Shown here: positions 36,113 through 45,950 of the stretch, piece by piece
How positions within the stretch are numbered: position 1 is the first letter of the stretch
Layout: every line of letters begins with the position of its first letter
Source: a virus
Reading direction: 5' to 3' (one strand)
Length of the DNA stretch: 64,000 nt
Virus record (IMG/VR): IMGVR_UViG_3300010885_014582
Location: 1 to 64,000 of that record
Notes under the pieces: generated by a model
The model's input: the letters and a program-made list of their open reading frames with translations, nothing else
Told to the model about the DNA's origin: nothing
Database searches by the model: none
Made by a program: the position numbers and the translations under genes

Positions 36113-37732
36113 CTACTTAGGAGGAGGAGGAGCAGGGTTTTGGTTTGCAATTAATTGGGGATAGGTTACTGTTCCCGTAAACGGTTGAGCATTTAGTTTT
36201 TCTTCACTATAAAATAGTGGGGCACTCACTGACACACCTGTGTCCCCACTTCCTGCAAGTTCAACTGAATATCTAAAAGAAAGATAATTTTTTCTAAAGG
36301 AAGACACTTTGTATTCTTTTAATAAAATGTTTACAAAATCAGAAGATTCTAAACCTCTTTCAGCAGCATCAGTTATTTTTTCTAATGGTATGTCATTAGA
36401 TCCTTTATAAGTTAACGAAATGGCACTTGCTTTGTATTCCTCATCTGTTGGCGCAGTGTTTAAAGTAGTATCCGATCCTCTAACTACAGAATTTAAATTA
36501 AATTTATATTCAAGATTGACCCGAACTTTGACATCTTTAATTTCTTTTTTTTCTATTGCTTTTGCAAATTCGGTAGTTCTGTTGGCATCAATAGATGCAG
36601 AAAACCCTTCACCACTCTCAAAACGAAAAGTATCAAAGTCTGTTCTGTAAAAGTTTACAGTAGTCAATGCTTTTTTTAATTTATTTATAACTTCTTCATC
36701 TTTAGTTATCTGCGTTGATGTGTCTTTTGCAGTATTTACTAAGTTGTCATACAAAAATGTATTCTTTTTTGCAAACCCAATATAAAGGGCGTACATATTG
36801 ATGTCTACTGTGCATTGTGTAGGTACCATGGTTTGACTAAATTTAGTAAAGTTTACAGAAACATTTGTTGCAATTCCTTCAACCATAAATAAAGTTGAGA
36901 ACATCACACGAAAAGGTTGTGGGTTTAGGAAAGCAGAGTTACCAAGGTTTACTCTAAACTTTTCTGAAAGTGCATCAGGAGAAGTTTCAAGTTTTTTAAG
37001 TTTTCCAAAGACTTCACCTGCTTTTTGATCTTTTTTAGATAAATCTTTTAATGCTTCTTTTTCTGCGTCCATCTGTTGTGTCAAAAAGTCTGACTGTCTT
37101 TGAGCCAGCGCCTTGATCATGTCAGATGATATTCCTTGACCAGTAATTGTGTCTAAGACAAAAATATCTGCAAGAACACCTACTTGAGAAACTAATGCTG
37201 CTGATCCATTAGGCAACATTATTGCATCATTTTCTGTTTGTTTAGTTCCTTTATTAACTTCAGATTCCCGATTAAACATCAAACTAAACCCAAATGTTGA
37301 AACACCTGGAACTGCTTGCATGAGTTGTTCAGGGCTTTGTAACAAAGGAAGCATTGCTCCAGGTGTCTGTGACACATCTCTTCGAATAGCCTGTGGGTTA
37401 AATTGAAAGAATAACCTACGATTTGGTGTCGTCATATCACCACCAACAATATTACCCAGATTGACATGGGGGTCAGTAATTAAACTTCTCATGTAACCAC
37501 GCTGTATTTCTTGTGAAGTTTTATTGTTAGTACCATCTACATAATGTGTTTTATTTGAGGGCCAATCAAATGACGGGTTATCTGCGTCGGTATGCGTTAG
37601 ATCAGATGGTTCAGTATCTAATATTCCAAAAAACTGATTAGTTGCATATCCTACATTTCCAGATAGTATTTTCCTTTTTTGAGTGCTTGGCGAAGGGGAT
37701 TCTTTACCAGTTGTATCATCGTAAATAGCCAT
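36113..37732 (-). CDS. tube initiator/baseplate protein
   Basis: FQFNP...F.LMFNR...V.F...VEG...VNFTKF...VP; follows tape measure. Confidence 0.6.
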   Translation of the reverse strand: MAIYDDTTGKESPSPSTQKRKILSGNVGYATNQFFGILDTEPSDLTHTDADNPSFDWPSNKTHYVDGTNNKTSQEIQRGYMRSLITDPHVNLGNIVGGDMTTPNRRLFFQFNPQAIRRDVSQTPGAMLPLLQSPEQLMQAVPGVSTFGFSLMFNRESEVNKGTKQTENDAIMLPNGSAALVSQVGVLADIFVLDTITGQGISSDMIKALAQRQSDFLTQQMDAEKEALKDLSKKDQKAGEVFGKLKKLETSPDALSEKFRVNLGNSAFLNPQPFRVMFSTLFMVEGIATNVSVNFTKFSQTMVPTQCTVDINMYALYIGFAKKNTFLYDNLVNTAKDTSTQITKDEEVINKLKKALTTVNFYRTDFDTFRFESGEGFSASIDANRTTEFAKAIEKKEIKDVKVRVNLEYKFNLNSVVRGSDTTLNTAPTDEEYKASAISLTYKGSNDIPLEKITDAAERGLESSDFVNILLKEYKVSSFRKNYLSFRYSVELAGSGDTGVSVSAPLFYSEEKLNAQPFTGTVTYPQLIANQNPAPPPPK

Positions 37733-40101
37733 TATGAAGTCCTCATCATTTTCAGTTTAACTTCCTGTTCAAGTAGGGATCCAACTTCCCGTGCAATTCG
37801 GCGCAAATCAGTTGACATATCTTGCGATCCATTTAAATAAATATTTGGAGAGATAGTAATAGTACTTCCTGCTGCTTGCCCTGATTGAGAAGATCCTTGT
37901 GCAGGAGCAGGTTGTTGCGGTGCCATACTTTGTGACAAACTTGGTCGGTAGTCAATAGGGTCACCAGAACTATTAGTTCCTTTTCCTCGTACAACAGCAC
38001 TAGCACCAAGACTTAAAGAAGATATTTTGTCGGTGTTTCCAACAATAGAACCTTCAGATTTAAGTCCACCTTTTTCAATGTATGACTTGATTGATCCAGC
38101 AGCCCCACCTACCGCAGAAGTCAATGGTGCCATACTTACTTTACTAGTAGATATGCTTGTCTTTGAAAATACATTTAATTTCTTAACTGAACTTTTACTG
38201 ACACCCGAAGAACTTCCACTCTTACTTACCGAGTTTCCACCACCATACATAGAACCCATTGTTCCCGCTGGTTGAAGATGGAATGGTTCATCGCTTTGAG
38301 CACCTGCTTGTGTTCCACCATGTGCTAACCCATATTTTGCGGCATTTGCTCTAAGCCAGTTGTCATCACCAACAACATCAGCCGCTAGACCACGCTGGTG
38401 CATAGATTGACCTGGAGGAGCCATAGGATAATCTTTAGTGTTTTTCATTTCCCAAACAACGCCATTCCAAATACGACCTGTTTCACTTTTTTCAGATTGT
38501 GGTTTATCTGTTGGATAATAGCGTTGTCTAAATGACTGCTCTTGTTGTGCTTCACTTCTAACTGCATCACCAATCTTTAATGATGAGTTTGCCTCAAGAA
38601 CTCTTCGAAGAGGTATAGCAAGTCTTGGATCTAATGTTGCTAATTTATCTTCGTTGTTTTTGCTTAACTTTTTGACATTTTGCTCTGCTCCAGCAGGTCC
38701 TGCATCTGCTGTAGATCCCTTAGTTGGCGCTGTTGTGGTTGTTGACACACTTTTTTGTTTGCTGTCGACCGCATCTCCACCAGGTCCCCCACCTGCGGCT
38801 AACCCTGCTAAGTCAAACGCAGTTACTGCTGCGTTCTTTCCAAAGTTAATTCCTGTTCCAACGCCATACTTTAGGGCTTCAGTTACAGGGTGACCTTTAG
38901 CGCTTATATACATACCAATAACTGATTGCATTGCATCTTCTAATTTTGCAAACATTTGAGTTGTTGTGCGAAGGTTTCTTTCAAATTGAGCAAAACTATC
39001 TGTTTGACGACCATAAAACCGTTCTTCACGCTTGAGTCTTTCACCAGTAGTCTTTTCATGTTGAACAGCGTAGGTTCCTTCAATACCAGTTACTTCTCTG
39101 TCCTCTTGGACCGAGGGGTCATACATAACATTTTTGCCGCTCTTTTTTTGAAAAGAGTTATTTTGCATGGCATATTGAATAACTAGGTCTTGCATATCCT
39201 GTGGTACACCCATTGCATCCAAACGCTGGCGGGTGTTAGACCCTTGTTGAAGGGCGCCCTTTAGCGCATCAGGGTTAGTCAATCCAGTACGACGAACAAT
39301 ATCTTGGATGGATTGCATACCTGAGCGTTGCTTTCCCCCAATGCCATACATGCCAGTTCCACCCATCATAAACATTTTGTTTGCTACATCTGGAGAACCC
39401 ATAGTGGATAGCATCTTTGTGATGTCTCCAGAACCATAAGAGAATCCTGATACAGCACGGAGAGACTCTACGGTGGAAGCATTTTTTTCAGCAGATAATC
39501 CTGTGCTTGCCTGCATTCCTAAAAGATCATTGATAGCAGTACCACCACCAAGAAGGTAGTGGCTAGTAAGTGGCATACGCAATTGGTTACGGACTTGTCT
39601 ATTTGACATTCCATACATTTGTTGTAGTTGTACAGACATTCGGTCGGCTTGCAAAGAGTACTGAGCACCACGCTCCACACGGGCACCTATTGCCGACATG
39701 GCGTCACCTATTGGTTTCATGCCAGCGTTAATGGTGTTCATGACATTGTTGCCAATAGTTCCGCCACCGCCTCCGCCACCGCCTCCAGGTATAGGGGGGG
39801 TTCCTCCGCCTCCACCACCGCCAACAGAAGGTATTGCAGATAGTGATGAGGACATAGAAGCAGCAACTGAGGTGTTACCAGCACCACTAGTCGTACCACT
39901 AGTGGTCATTCCTCGTCCACCACTACTCATTGCCCTAGCAGCACCAGATGCAGCGGTCCTTAATTTTTCATAAGCACCAGTAATTTTGGTAATACCAGCA
40001 ACTACTTTGTCTACGGCACGGTCATCAAGACCTAAAGTAGTACGCCCACCAACGCTGGCTTTCATAACACCTGCGTGATCAATTGGGGTTTCTTCGGGCA
40101 T
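37732..40101 (-). CDS. tape measure protein with peptidase M15-type domain
   Basis: position after chaperone; R...Q, SMHQRGLAAD, EPFHLQ. Confidence 0.8.
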   Translation of the reverse strand: MPEETPIDHAGVMKASVGGRTTLGLDDRAVDKVVAGITKITGAYEKLRTAASGAARAMSSGGRGMTTSGTTSGAGNTSVAASMSSSLSAIPSVGGGGGGGTPPIPGGGGGGGGGTIGNNVMNTINAGMKPIGDAMSAIGARVERGAQYSLQADRMSVQLQQMYGMSNRQVRNQLRMPLTSHYLLGGGTAINDLLGMQASTGLSAEKNASTVESLRAVSGFSYGSGDITKMLSTMGSPDVANKMFMMGGTGMYGIGGKQRSGMQSIQDIVRRTGLTNPDALKGALQQGSNTRQRLDAMGVPQDMQDLVIQYAMQNNSFQKKSGKNVMYDPSVQEDREVTGIEGTYAVQHEKTTGERLKREERFYGRQTDSFAQFERNLRTTTQMFAKLEDAMQSVIGMYISAKGHPVTEALKYGVGTGINFGKNAAVTAFDLAGLAAGGGPGGDAVDSKQKSVSTTTTAPTKGSTADAGPAGAEQNVKKLSKNNEDKLATLDPRLAIPLRRVLEANSSLKIGDAVRSEAQQEQSFRQRYYPTDKPQSEKSETGRIWNGVVWEMKNTKDYPMAPPGQSMHQRGLAADVVGDDNWLRANAAKYGLAHGGTQAGAQSDEPFHLQPAGTMGSMYGGGNSVSKSGSSSGVSKSSVKKLNVFSKTSISTSKVSMAPLTSAVGGAAGSIKSYIEKGGLKSEGSIVGNTDKISSLSLGASAVVRGKGTNSSGDPIDYRPSLSQSMAPQQPAPAQGSSQSGQAAGSTITISPNIYLNGSQDMSTDLRRIAREVGSLLEQEVKLKMMRTS

Positions 40102-40111
40102 GTTTTAATTC

Positions 40112-40258
40112 CTAATTATTGCGCCATTTTGCCATACCGAACCAGTAGGCACGCTGACGCACGGACATTGATTTAAGGTCGCTAAGACCAAAACCTCTGT
40201 ACGAAGAGGCAATCTTTTCATATTCCCAATATATAAGTTTCAGATTAACTGAATAAAA
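40112..40258 (-). CDS. frameshift-accessed C-terminal extension of tail assembly chaperone
   Basis: open +1 frame LIYWEYEKIASSYRGFGLSDLKSMSVRQRAYW with no good start codon. Confidence 0.6.
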   Translation of the reverse strand, partial: FYSVNLKLIYWEYEKIASSYRGFGLSDLKSMSVRQRAYWFGMAKWRNN

Positions 40259-41045
40259 GTGAGACCCAATCGAGAACCACTGTTAAATTTTCTTCACAGT
40301 GGGCACATTGAGTCTCCACCTCCCCCATACGGGGACCTGGTTGTACCGAGGTGATTTTCTTTAAGATCTTTTTACGATCCGCTACATTTAGTTTCTTTGA
40401 CCAAGATTCACGAGATGAAGGTGTTCCCTCATCTGATTGTAAACACCGAGCAATAATAAAAGTATTTTGCTCGGCTACAGTCTTACCCTTTTTTGATGCG
40501 TAAAGACTGTCTCCAGTTGTTGGCAAGTTAAACGATAAAGTGTTTCCATCTTTTAGTTTGACAAGTATTGGTTGACTTAGGTCATCCTCAACTTTTTCCA
40601 TTTTAAAATCTTCGTCTAAGTCAATTGCGACATCGTTGCTTCCCCCGCAACTGCCACAACTTAATTGTACTTCACGGGTTTTACCATAGGTAGCCCGTAC
40701 AATTGCTAAAAATAAAACATCTCTATCACCAATAATTAAATTATCAATGATGTCTTTGTTCTTATTTACTTCTTGTGAACCAATAGACACGACTGCTCGT
40801 TGTAGTAAGTGGGCAAGGTATTCACCATAGGTAACACCTTCCTTTGAATCAAAAGTAGCAAGGGCTTCTTCATCTTCTCCTGTCAACTCTCTCACAACGG
40901 CTGTAGTTTGCCATTCCCCAGATTCTGTGTTGAACAACCCCCGTAGTAACTGAATATCAGTTACTGGAGGGGAGTCAATATATGGTGCTGGGTCTGTAAT
41001 AGCAGTATTGGCGCTTTGTGCAAGCGAAGACAAGTTATCTGACAT
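40245..41045 (-). CDS. tail assembly chaperone/baseplate hub assembly protein
   Basis: VRELTGEDEE...GDRD.L...I...TYG...CGSC...CAHC; between tube and tape measure. Confidence 0.7.
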   Translation of the reverse strand: MSDNLSSLAQSANTAITDPAPYIDSPPVTDIQLLRGLFNTESGEWQTTAVVRELTGEDEEALATFDSKEGVTYGEYLAHLLQRAVVSIGSQEVNKNKDIIDNLIIGDRDVLFLAIVRATYGKTREVQLSCGSCGGSNDVAIDLDEDFKMEKVEDDLSQPILVKLKDGNTLSFNLPTTGDSLYASKKGKTVAEQNTFIIARCLQSDEGTPSSRESWSKKLNVADRKKILKKITSVQPGPRMGEVETQCAHCEENLTVVLDWVSLLFS

Positions 41046-41067
41046 TTAGTATTCCTTTATTAAAGTG

Positions 41068-41679
41068 TTACCAGTTAAGGCTGTAGTTAGTAGCATCTGC
41101 TTGATTGAATGCTAACACAAATCCTTCGTGGTGGACTGTAAGTTCCTGTACCAGGATTCCACTGTCACCAGCACTTAAACCACCAAGACTGAATACTCCA
41201 GGCCAGCAGTTGAACAACTTCATCATGAGGCGCTTGTTACCAGGGGTTGGTTCAATAGCAATACCATCTCCACCTGAATAGGTGTAGTTATTGCTAGTGG
41301 TTGGATGATCATAGACAGTTACTGTGATGTCACAGCGGTAATCTTGAGCAGCGCCAGTTCCCTTACTTCCGTTAGGTACTCCACCTTCCCATGAATGGAT
41401 GAATTGTTGCCACTTCCAAAGTTCATTGCCATCAGCAAAGACTCCACGAACAAATGATACGGCGCTAAAGTCTGACAGACCAACCATTTTATGAGTGTGG
41501 GTGTTCATTCCACCTTCACGATAGGCAAGCATGTCATTAGTAACACTAAGACCACTCATTGTTGTAAATCCAAGTTTGGCTAACTTGGGGGAAAGTGATG
41601 CTAATGCACTATTAGTTGGTTCGATTTCTACTTGAAACTTAAAGTTACGAAGTGGATCGGTGCGTTGTGCTCTTGACAT
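41068..41679 (-). CDS. tail tube protein (T4 gp19-like)
   Basis: DPLRNFKF.V...GF...SGL...YREGG...RG...W...CWP...E.L.V.HEG. Confidence 0.9.
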   Translation of the reverse strand: MSRAQRTDPLRNFKFQVEIEPTNSALASLSPKLAKLGFTTMSGLSVTNDMLAYREGGMNTHTHKMVGLSDFSAVSFVRGVFADGNELWKWQQFIHSWEGGVPNGSKGTGAAQDYRCDITVTVYDHPTTSNNYTYSGGDGIAIEPTPGNKRLMMKLFNCWPGVFSLGGLSAGDSGILVQELTVHHEGFVLAFNQADATNYSLNW

Positions 41680-41688
41680 TTTTACTCC

Positions 41689-43272
41689 TTAAACCGTTTC
41701 TACGGTGGTGTTGGATCCGCCAGAGAACTGGCTGATATTAATAACAATAAATTCAGCAGGTGCTTGTAAAGCCACACCTACCTCGACATGAAGTTCACCA
41801 TTTTGTATTGCATAGTCAGGGTTGTTTGTAGAGTTACAAATTACATAGAAAGATTCAAGTGAATTGCGTCCTTTAAGTGCCCCAGCAGACCACAGGTCTG
41901 AGAGGAACCGTGAGATACGACTGTTCAATTGTGACCATGTACGCTCACCGTTTGGTTCAAACAAAGCAGATTGAGCAATTTCTTCAACATTTGCTTTTAC
42001 AAAGTTGAGTGTACGGCGGACAGGAACATACTTTGTAATGTCTGTTTTTTTAAGTGTGCGGGAACCATTAATGATTACCCCACCACCAGGAATGTTTTTC
42101 ATGGTGTTGACATGGGCATCATACAAAAGACCAGTTTCAGCATTAGTGAAGTTTACTGCAAGACCATAGGTCCCACGAACATCATAAGCATATCCAGCAG
42201 GCGCTTTTCCAACGGAACGATCTGCTTCCACACGGGTGTACAAACCAGCAACTGCTCCACCTGGGTAGGTGTTTCGCAATGTTGCAGAACCAGCACGGGC
42301 TGGGTCTGGCATTTGGAGCATTGGATAATACACTGCACCATAGGATGACTTGCTGTAGTTACTGGTCACACCAGTGATTCCTGCGGTAAGTGTCTGAGTT
42401 GGGTCTGCATCAATGATTACAAAAGCATTTCCACGGGATTCAGCGTAGGTAAGTGCGTAGTTTACTCGTGTAGAAGTTGTCTGTCCTACAAGGTTGACCA
42501 AGATTGAACCATTAACATAGTTAAGGGAATCTACAGCAGCATTCCAGTCAGCATCTACGACAGCACCATTAGTTCCCGCAGTGACTCCTAGAGTGTATGT
42601 CGCAGCAGTAATGGTGTAAACCACGCCAGCAACAAGTGTGGCATCTACTTCATAAACATCTACAAAAGTTGAATAAGAGTTAACAATTGTAGTGATGTAT
42701 TGTGGGGAGTCTGGATCAAGTGATACTTCAGTCCAGCGCTCTACTTCAGCGCCATTAAACAAAACAGCAAGGTTGAAAGTAAGGGGGGTACCTGTGCCAC
42801 CAAGGCTTTCAGCAACACCATTACGCAATCCAGCAGTGATAATTACTTTAAGACCAACTTCTGTTGTAGTAGAAGTTGCAGCAGCGTAGTTTGCCCAAGT
42901 ACCAACATTTTTTGCTTGTACTCTGAACAATGTTGTATTAGCACCACCAGCGATGGTTCCTGTAATTGATCCAGATTTTGCTTTGAGAGCAGCGGCACCA
43001 CCAGTAGTAGTGGAGTGTGTAACACGGGTTACATAAGCCGTGCGACCACCGTTGGAGAAGAAGTGATAAACGGCGTAGCCGAGATCAGATGAGTTAGTGA
43101 GATCACCATAGAGTGTCTTATACTGACCCCAAGAGTCAATACGAGTTGGTAGTACAGGACCACGGGCGGCTGTACCGAGGAACGCTGTGGGCGTTACTTC
43201 AGTTCCAGTTTGCGTGACTGTAGAGAATGGGCCTTCGGTGATATATACACCTGGGCGGGAGTATGTTGCCAT
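41689..43272 (-). CDS. contractile tail sheath protein
   Basis: RPGVYITE, GPV, YYP, KAPAG, YVPVRR, FEPN...W, PAEFIVI. Confidence 0.95.
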   Translation of the reverse strand: MATYSRPGVYITEGPFSTVTQTGTEVTPTAFLGTAARGPVLPTRIDSWGQYKTLYGDLTNSSDLGYAVYHFFSNGGRTAYVTRVTHSTTTGGAAALKAKSGSITGTIAGGANTTLFRVQAKNVGTWANYAAATSTTTEVGLKVIITAGLRNGVAESLGGTGTPLTFNLAVLFNGAEVERWTEVSLDPDSPQYITTIVNSYSTFVDVYEVDATLVAGVVYTITAATYTLGVTAGTNGAVVDADWNAAVDSLNYVNGSILVNLVGQTTSTRVNYALTYAESRGNAFVIIDADPTQTLTAGITGVTSNYSKSSYGAVYYPMLQMPDPARAGSATLRNTYPGGAVAGLYTRVEADRSVGKAPAGYAYDVRGTYGLAVNFTNAETGLLYDAHVNTMKNIPGGGVIINGSRTLKKTDITKYVPVRRTLNFVKANVEEIAQSALFEPNGERTWSQLNSRISRFLSDLWSAGALKGRNSLESFYVICNSTNNPDYAIQNGELHVEVGVALQAPAEFIVINISQFSGGSNTTVETV

Positions 43273-43298
43273 TTTTGCTCCTTAGCAATAGACGGGGG

Positions 43299-43979
43299 TT
43301 ACGGGGTACTTGTGAGTGCTTCGATTGTTGGGATAATGCTGGTGACTTGGTGTAGGCCATACATGTCTGCTGATGGTATCTCAGCAGTCATTTGAAGAGT
43401 ATAAATCTTGCGAAAAATACGCTTACGGTATCCAGACTCAGAGTCTAGAAGGTCCGCCGTTGTCCAATCTAAAAGATCAAGACGACGAGTTGTGCCATCC
43501 TCTGGGATATCAATGTACCCTTTTCGGAATGGAACAATTGTACTCAACATTTGACTGCTAAGTTGGCGATCGTGTAGGGCGCTACGAGTAAATGTAGAAA
43601 CTTGATACAAAAGGTCTACTGGGACAAACTCTTTGCTAGTAATGAACTCAATGGTTGTAGTACCAGTAATAGTGTTCATGTTTGAAATGCGGCTAGGCCA
43701 GTATTGCAATTCATTGGGTCTTCCAATAAACCTACTTCGTTGAGGTATTCCGACCTTGGCGTAAGTCAAATCTACTTCTGAATGCTGACGGTTCTTGGCG
43801 TGAACTAAGTCAATCATCTCAATAGTCAAGAAAGGGTAAGACCGCTCAGTCTCTGCTTCTGGGTAGCGATAAAAAACTTGCACTGGACGAGAGCCATTGC
43901 GGTCATCCGAGACAGACAATGTGGCAAACCGTGCTTTAAGGGCAGCATCTTCAGCAAGAAGGAATCCAGGATTAGGCAT
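43299..43979 (-). CDS. tail terminator/neck protein
   Basis: position just before sheath; YP...YPF.TI...PVDL.YQV. Confidence 0.6.
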   Translation of the reverse strand: MPNPGFLLAEDAALKARFATLSVSDDRNGSRPVQVFYRYPEAETERSYPFLTIEMIDLVHAKNRQHSEVDLTYAKVGIPQRSRFIGRPNELQYWPSRISNMNTITGTTTIEFITSKEFVPVDLLYQVSTFTRSALHDRQLSSQMLSTIVPFRKGYIDIPEDGTTRRLDLLDWTTADLLDSESGYRKRIFRKIYTLQMTAEIPSADMYGLHQVTSIIPTIEALTSTP

Positions 43980-44379
43980 TGTTCCCCGACAGTTTCTTAG
44001 AAAGTAAGGAAGTTAATTCTTTTTTGAGATCTTGACCACGCTTGAAAGCCGTAGACCGAAGAAGCCCAGTAGCAACAACTTGTTGAGTTGGATCACCATA
44101 CTCAAGCATGGTTACTTCATTTGTGGGGGTATTTACGCTGTATTCAACATGACCATCGACTAGACCAACCTTAGCCTGGTCTGACAGGTGCGCCCAGTCT
44201 GGGTGGTTTGACATGTTACTAGCAAGGTGTGATTGCTCGTTTTCAAGAAGTTCTTTAACGGAGGCAATTACGGCTTTTGGATAAGCCTCTAGGAGATCCT
44301 CAAAGAACCAAGAAGTTGGGAACTCTCCACGGATAATGCTATTAGAGTTCGTGGATGTATGCAATTGTGCAGAAGTCAT
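43972..44379 (-). CDS. putative neck protein
   Basis: LEYGD motif and position. Confidence 0.5.
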   Translation of the reverse strand: MTSAQLHTSTNSNSIIRGEFPTSWFFEDLLEAYPKAVIASVKELLENEQSHLASNMSNHPDWAHLSDQAKVGLVDGHVEYSVNTPTNEVTMLEYGDPTQQVVATGLLRSTAFKRGQDLKKELTSLLSKKLSGNNA

Positions 44380-44443
44380 TACTTCTCCCACGAGACTCTA
44401 GGCGTTGTAAATCTTGGCGCTCACCGAGATTACTTCCAGTTTA

Positions 44444-44980
44444 TCAGAGTTGAGGTAGGGTAGAAGGCCAAGGAAGATTCTGGGATGAGGTGGCAGTCGG
44501 ACCCACATCAAAAGGCATTTCCTGATTGATGTATACCTCAATACCTTCAACGACGAGAATGACATCATCAGATGCTCGTCCTCTGACACGGTAAGAAGTT
44601 ACTGAAAAATAACGACCATCATAGAAGAACATATCGTTAAGGTGACCACGGTACTCATAGGGGGTAGTAACCCCAGCATCCCTAAAGTCCTGGATGGACG
44701 CCACGAAGTTAGTTAATTGGACAGCCTGACGACCTTCAGGGATGGCACGCTTCTGATCTTCAGCCTCGGTAATCATCAGGACTGGTACTACCACTCCCTT
44801 TTTGTACTTGCGACCACCAGTTCCAGGCACACCCTCGTCGTAGACATCATCGTAGACAGATGCCGTTGTGGTGTTTGTACCCAGCGGTGTGAACTCAAAC
44901 CATACAATAGACTCACCGTAGGCTTGCTGGTACCTACGGTAGTGCTTCCTAATGCTGGCTAATTCTCTCCGAATTTCCAT
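44444..44980 (-). CDS. putative head closure protein
   Basis: DDVYDEG...D.FFYDGR.F.V; position. Confidence 0.55.
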   Translation of the reverse strand: MEIRRELASIRKHYRRYQQAYGESIVWFEFTPLGTNTTTASVYDDVYDEGVPGTGGRKYKKGVVVPVLMITEAEDQKRAIPEGRQAVQLTNFVASIQDFRDAGVTTPYEYRGHLNDMFFYDGRYFSVTSYRVRGRASDDVILVVEGIEVYINQEMPFDVGPTATSSQNLPWPSTLPQL

Positions 44981-45798
44981 TAAAAGTAAGATTCACTAGT
45001 GTATGCAGTTGGAGGAACCCCTTCGATGAATACATCCTCCCGCAATGGTTCGTCTTGTTCTTCAATAAGGATATGACCTTCTGTGTCTTCTTTGAAAATG
45101 CGCTCCAGAGGACCGTACTCGCCAAGTTCTTTACCCACATACAGTGGTACATAGCGGTTAGTTGTGCGTGAGATACGGCGAAGGCTGAACTGCTCGATAC
45201 GCTCAGGACCAATGTTGAGGTTATTGGCGTGTTTGCGGTACTCAACTTCCCATGCTTGGACAAGGCTTTGGAGCATACGGAAACGCTGAGAACCAGGGAT
45301 GTGAATGGACTCAGAAGTCATTACATCGATGTCACGGGCATATTCTGTCATAAGTGACTGTAGTGCCTCTACAAGCGCTCCCAGACCCACTACATCCAAT
45401 ACTGCGGCGCTTGCCTGCTCTAGAGGAATCTTAATAGTTGGTTTGTGGAAGTTAATTGAACGCTCTGCGTAAAACTCAAGATCTTGGGGAAGAATCCACT
45501 CATAGTAATAACCTTCAACCATGATGGTTGTATTAGAAGGTGGGGTTCCTGCAAGGCGCATAATACCATTACGGTTATCGATGCTGTATTGAGAAGTAGT
45601 GAGTTGTGTAACAACACCCGAAGTTACCGTCGCAACCCACAAAGTCGTTGAGTCAATGTTTACTTGACCCAGTTCATAGGTGCGACCGATGGTATCAAAA
45701 GAGACCTGAAAGAACTTAGGAAAGTCACGAAGATAGTTTCGGGCTAACTGGACAGTGTGTTCCAGAACGGTTAGACCACTACTAGTTGTTCCAGCCAT
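44980..45798 (-). CDS. putative head-tail adaptor
   Basis: position; DIDV.T.E...IP.SQRF. Confidence 0.55.
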   Translation of the reverse strand: MAGTTSSGLTVLEHTVQLARNYLRDFPKFFQVSFDTIGRTYELGQVNIDSTTLWVATVTSGVVTQLTTSQYSIDNRNGIMRLAGTPPSNTTIMVEGYYYEWILPQDLEFYAERSINFHKPTIKIPLEQASAAVLDVVGLGALVEALQSLMTEYARDIDVMTSESIHIPGSQRFRMLQSLVQAWEVEYRKHANNLNIGPERIEQFSLRRISRTTNRYVPLYVGKELGEYGPLERIFKEDTEGHILIEEQDEPLREDVFIEGVPPTAYTSESYF

Positions 45799-45950
45799 TA
45801 TTGATCTCCTGAACTTACACCTGGGATGGTGTCTAGGGACGCTTGGTTAATCTGAGGCTGTTGCTCACGGTGCCTATGAGACATCACGGTACGCACACGG
45901 GTGATGTCTGCGACAGTCCCTGTTGGTGTAGGGATGGGGCGCTCATCCAT
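45798..45950 (-). CDS. small protein (50 aa, not in ORF track)
   Basis: hand translation MDERPIPTPTGTV...; TAATG-coupled on both sides. Confidence 0.5.
   Translation of the reverse strand: MDERPIPTPTGTVADITRVRTVMSHRHREQQPQINQASLDTIPGVSSGDQ

Noticed and set aside
30897-43272. Extracellular contractile injection system or tailocin
   Set aside because: Portal, scaffold, capsid, terminase and replication genes are linked, so this is a phage tail.
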